Both the position numbers and the translations under genes were made by a program. From the NCBI GenBank assembly GCA_963704905.1, contig CAVPHZ010000001.1, forward strand, positions 451,438-515,437: a stretch of 64,000 bases of DNA, given 5' to 3'. A model generated the notes under the pieces. That model was given only the letters and a program-made list of their open reading frames with translations, made no database searches and was not told the DNA's origin. The DNA is from Candidatus Chisholmbacteria bacterium (GTDB lineage: Bacteria; Patescibacteriota; Microgenomatia; UBA1400; Chisholmbacteraceae). This document shows, in pieces, positions 62,521 through 64,000 of the stretch; positions within the stretch are counted from its first letter, which is position 1; every line of letters starts with the position of its first letter.

Positions 62521-64000
62521 ATGAGCCGTATGTCAGTGTCGGCTGGTCGGAATCAAGTTACAAAGGAAGAAATTGGATCACAAGATTCTCATTCCTCGTA
62601 TTTGCATCAAGGGCTTGAGGAATATGAAATTGGAAAGCGTCAACGTACGTTTGGATTAAATACGATTCAGCAAACCAGGGAGATTCAGGTACTGTCTATC
62701 GTTCTTGAGCAATTCAAATCACCGCTTATCTATATTCTTGTCATTGCAGCAGGGGTCACCATGCTTTTGCAAGATTATGTTGATACGGCGATCATCGGAT
62801 TGGCTGTCGTAGTAAATACCATCCTCGGTTTTTATCAGGAATATAAGGCTCAAAAAGCATTGGCTGCTTTGCGAAGTTTACTTAGTCCAAAGGCGACGGT
62901 AATGCGAAATGGCAGCCGACAGGTAGTTGATGCCTCAGACATTGTTCCGGGGGATGTTTGTTATGTTGGACTGGGCGAACATATTCCTGCTGATAGTATG
63001 GTTGTTTTTAGTGAGGATTTTTCGGTCAATGAGGCAATTTTAACTGGAGAGTCAGTTCCAGTTCGTAAGAAAGCGTTTCGTGAGAGGGAGGTTGTTTTTT
63101 CTGACCTTGACCAGTTGACCGAGAAATGGGATACGATTGACCGGTCAGTAAAAGTTTTTGCAGGAACCACGGTGAGTTCTGGAGAGGCTACTGTAATTAT
63201 AACTATCACTGGTCTGCGTACTGAAGTTGGCAAAATTGCGAAAAGTCTTCAAGAGACGGTTGAAGGCCCTACGCCTCTACAAAAGAGGATCTCAAAACTC
63301 TCTAACCAATTGGCGATTATCGTCGGAATTGCGGCTACCGTAATATTCATAACCGGGTTAGTTTTTAATACAGGTGATGCAGCGATTCGTGACCGTTTTG
63401 AGGAAATGTTTACCACATCTGTTGCCGTGGCTGTTTCGGCTATTCCTGAGGGTCTTGCCGTTTCGCTCACTGCTATTCTTGCTCTTGGTATGCAGCGGAT
63501 CCTACGAAGAAAGGCGCTGGTTCGAAAGTTAGTAGCAGCAGAGACCCTTGGAAGTGTTACCACTATCTGCGCGGATAAAACTGGAACACTGACAGAGGGT
63601 GTGATGAGAGTGACTGAAGCGGATTTTGTTGATGAGAGCGAGGGCGTTAAGGCTGCTGTGCTAACCAATGACCGGCGTGATTCGCTGGAAATAGCAATGT
63701 GGAATTGGGTTGTCGATGTTCAGAAACATGATGCTCAGCGAGAGGTGGATGCCAACAATCGCATTGATTCGATTCCCTTTTCACCCCAACATAAATACTC
63801 AGCAAAACTTTATGAGGATGGCGCGTACATGATTGGAGCACCTGAATTGGTGTTATCGTTCTGTTCCACTTCCGGATCGTCAAAGCAACGATGGATCAAG
63901 AAATTTGACGAATACGGATTGAAAGGGATGCGTCTTGTTGGTTTTGCTCGGAGGAAACGGAAACGCGGAGAACGGCGATTATCCCGAAAGAGTGTCCAAG
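62521..64000 (+). CDS. P-type cation-transporting ATPase (P2/P3-like), 5' partial; it continues beyond the window end
   Basis: TGES actuator motif (ILTGESVPV), phosphorylation motif ICADKTGTLTEG in frame from ATG 62521; not in the ORF track because there is no stop within the window. Confidence 0.8.
   Translation, partial: MSRMSVSAGRNQVTKEEIGSQDSHSSYLHQGLEEYEIGKRQRTFGLNTIQQTREIQVLSIVLEQFKSPLIYILVIAAGVTMLLQDYVDTAIIGLAVVVNTILGFYQEYKAQKALAALRSLLSPKATVMRNGSRQVVDASDIVPGDVCYVGLGEHIPADSMVVFSEDFSVNEAILTGESVPVRKKAFREREVVFSDLDQLTEKWDTIDRSVKVFAGTTVSSGEATVIITITGLRTEVGKIAKSLQETVEGPTPLQKRISKLSNQLAIIVGIAATVIFITGLVFNTGDAAIRDRFEEMFTTSVAVAVSAIPEGLAVSLTAILALGMQRILRRKALVRKLVAAETLGSVTTICADKTGTLTEGVMRVTEADFVDESEGVKAAVLTNDRRDSLEIAMWNWVVDVQKHDAQREVDANNRIDSIPFSPQHKYSAKLYEDGAYMIGAPELVLSFCSTSGSSKQRWIKKFDEYGLKGMRLVGFARRKRKRGERRLSRKSVQ

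Noticed and set aside
62961-63883. Minus-strand track ORFs 62961-63233, 63249-63668 and 63647-63883
   Set aside because: They are antisense to the in-frame P-type ATPase (TGES and DKTGT motifs from ATG 62521), which is missing from the track only because it has no stop inside the window.
1-64000. CRISPR arrays, rRNA genes, insertion sequences
   Set aside because: No regularly spaced direct repeats, no rRNA-like conserved blocks and no transposase-like ORFs (DDE/HTH) were seen on either strand.

Overview
The window is a gene-dense bacterial chromosome segment, coding almost end to end with short intergenic regions. By inference it comes from a reduced-genome lineage: DUF5667 proteins, a VirD4/TraG-like ATPase, a single Xer recombinase and many short overlapping ORFs give it a Patescibacteria/CPR-like flavour. 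Layout from start to end: (i) 0.2-7.4 kb holds a class A PBP (peptidoglycan synthase) with an upstream kinase, an M20 peptidase, and a putative cobalamin riboswitch driving a DUF4430 protein plus a membrane S-component-like protein. (ii) 7.7-16.7 kb is a nucleotide-metabolism island: candidate tandem NrdR boxes, nrdR, a monomeric L. leichmannii-type class II RNR, two NUDIX hydrolases, a MazG-like protein, a second ATP-cone class II NrdJ, a PRPP-synthetase-like gene and a frameshifted maf. (iii) 16.7-23.7 kb carries alternating GNAT/HAD genes, an M19-like dipeptidase and a Pro-rich surface protein. (iv) 23.7-29.2 kb is a ~5.2 kb glycosylation/modification cassette bracketed by an imperfect direct duplication of the 5' end of a VIT-family transporter gene. 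It encodes a B12-binding radical SAM, a fragmented GT-C membrane glycosyltransferase, a SAM methyltransferase and a GT2-YdjC/ChbG fusion, which parallels the HpnI/HpnK/HpnJ logic. (v) 29.8-43.6 kb has a TrmB-like regulator and a long co-directional, translationally coupled cluster of small redox and hydrolase enzymes (AKR, ALDH, SDR, cupin, VOC, deaminase, PNPOx-like, esterases, MBL lactonase-like) ending in a CobO-type corrinoid adenosyltransferase. (vi) 43.7-48.4 kb contains a PQ-rich protein, a VirD4/TraG-like ATPase, tRNA-Ile(UAU), a perfect 26-bp palindrome and a tyrosine recombinase. (vii) 48.4-64 kb is housekeeping: an FtsB-like protein, tRNA-fMet, tRNA-Met, trpS, a tRNA-binding protein, ftsH, a 5'-3' exonuclease, a GT4, mutM, recF, an NAD(P)HX dehydratase, thpR, a Fic protein, an ATP-dependent DNA ligase and a partial P-type ATPase. 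No rRNA or CRISPR array was seen. A cobalamin-dependence theme runs through the window (riboswitch, two AdoCbl RNRs, B12-rSAM, CobO).
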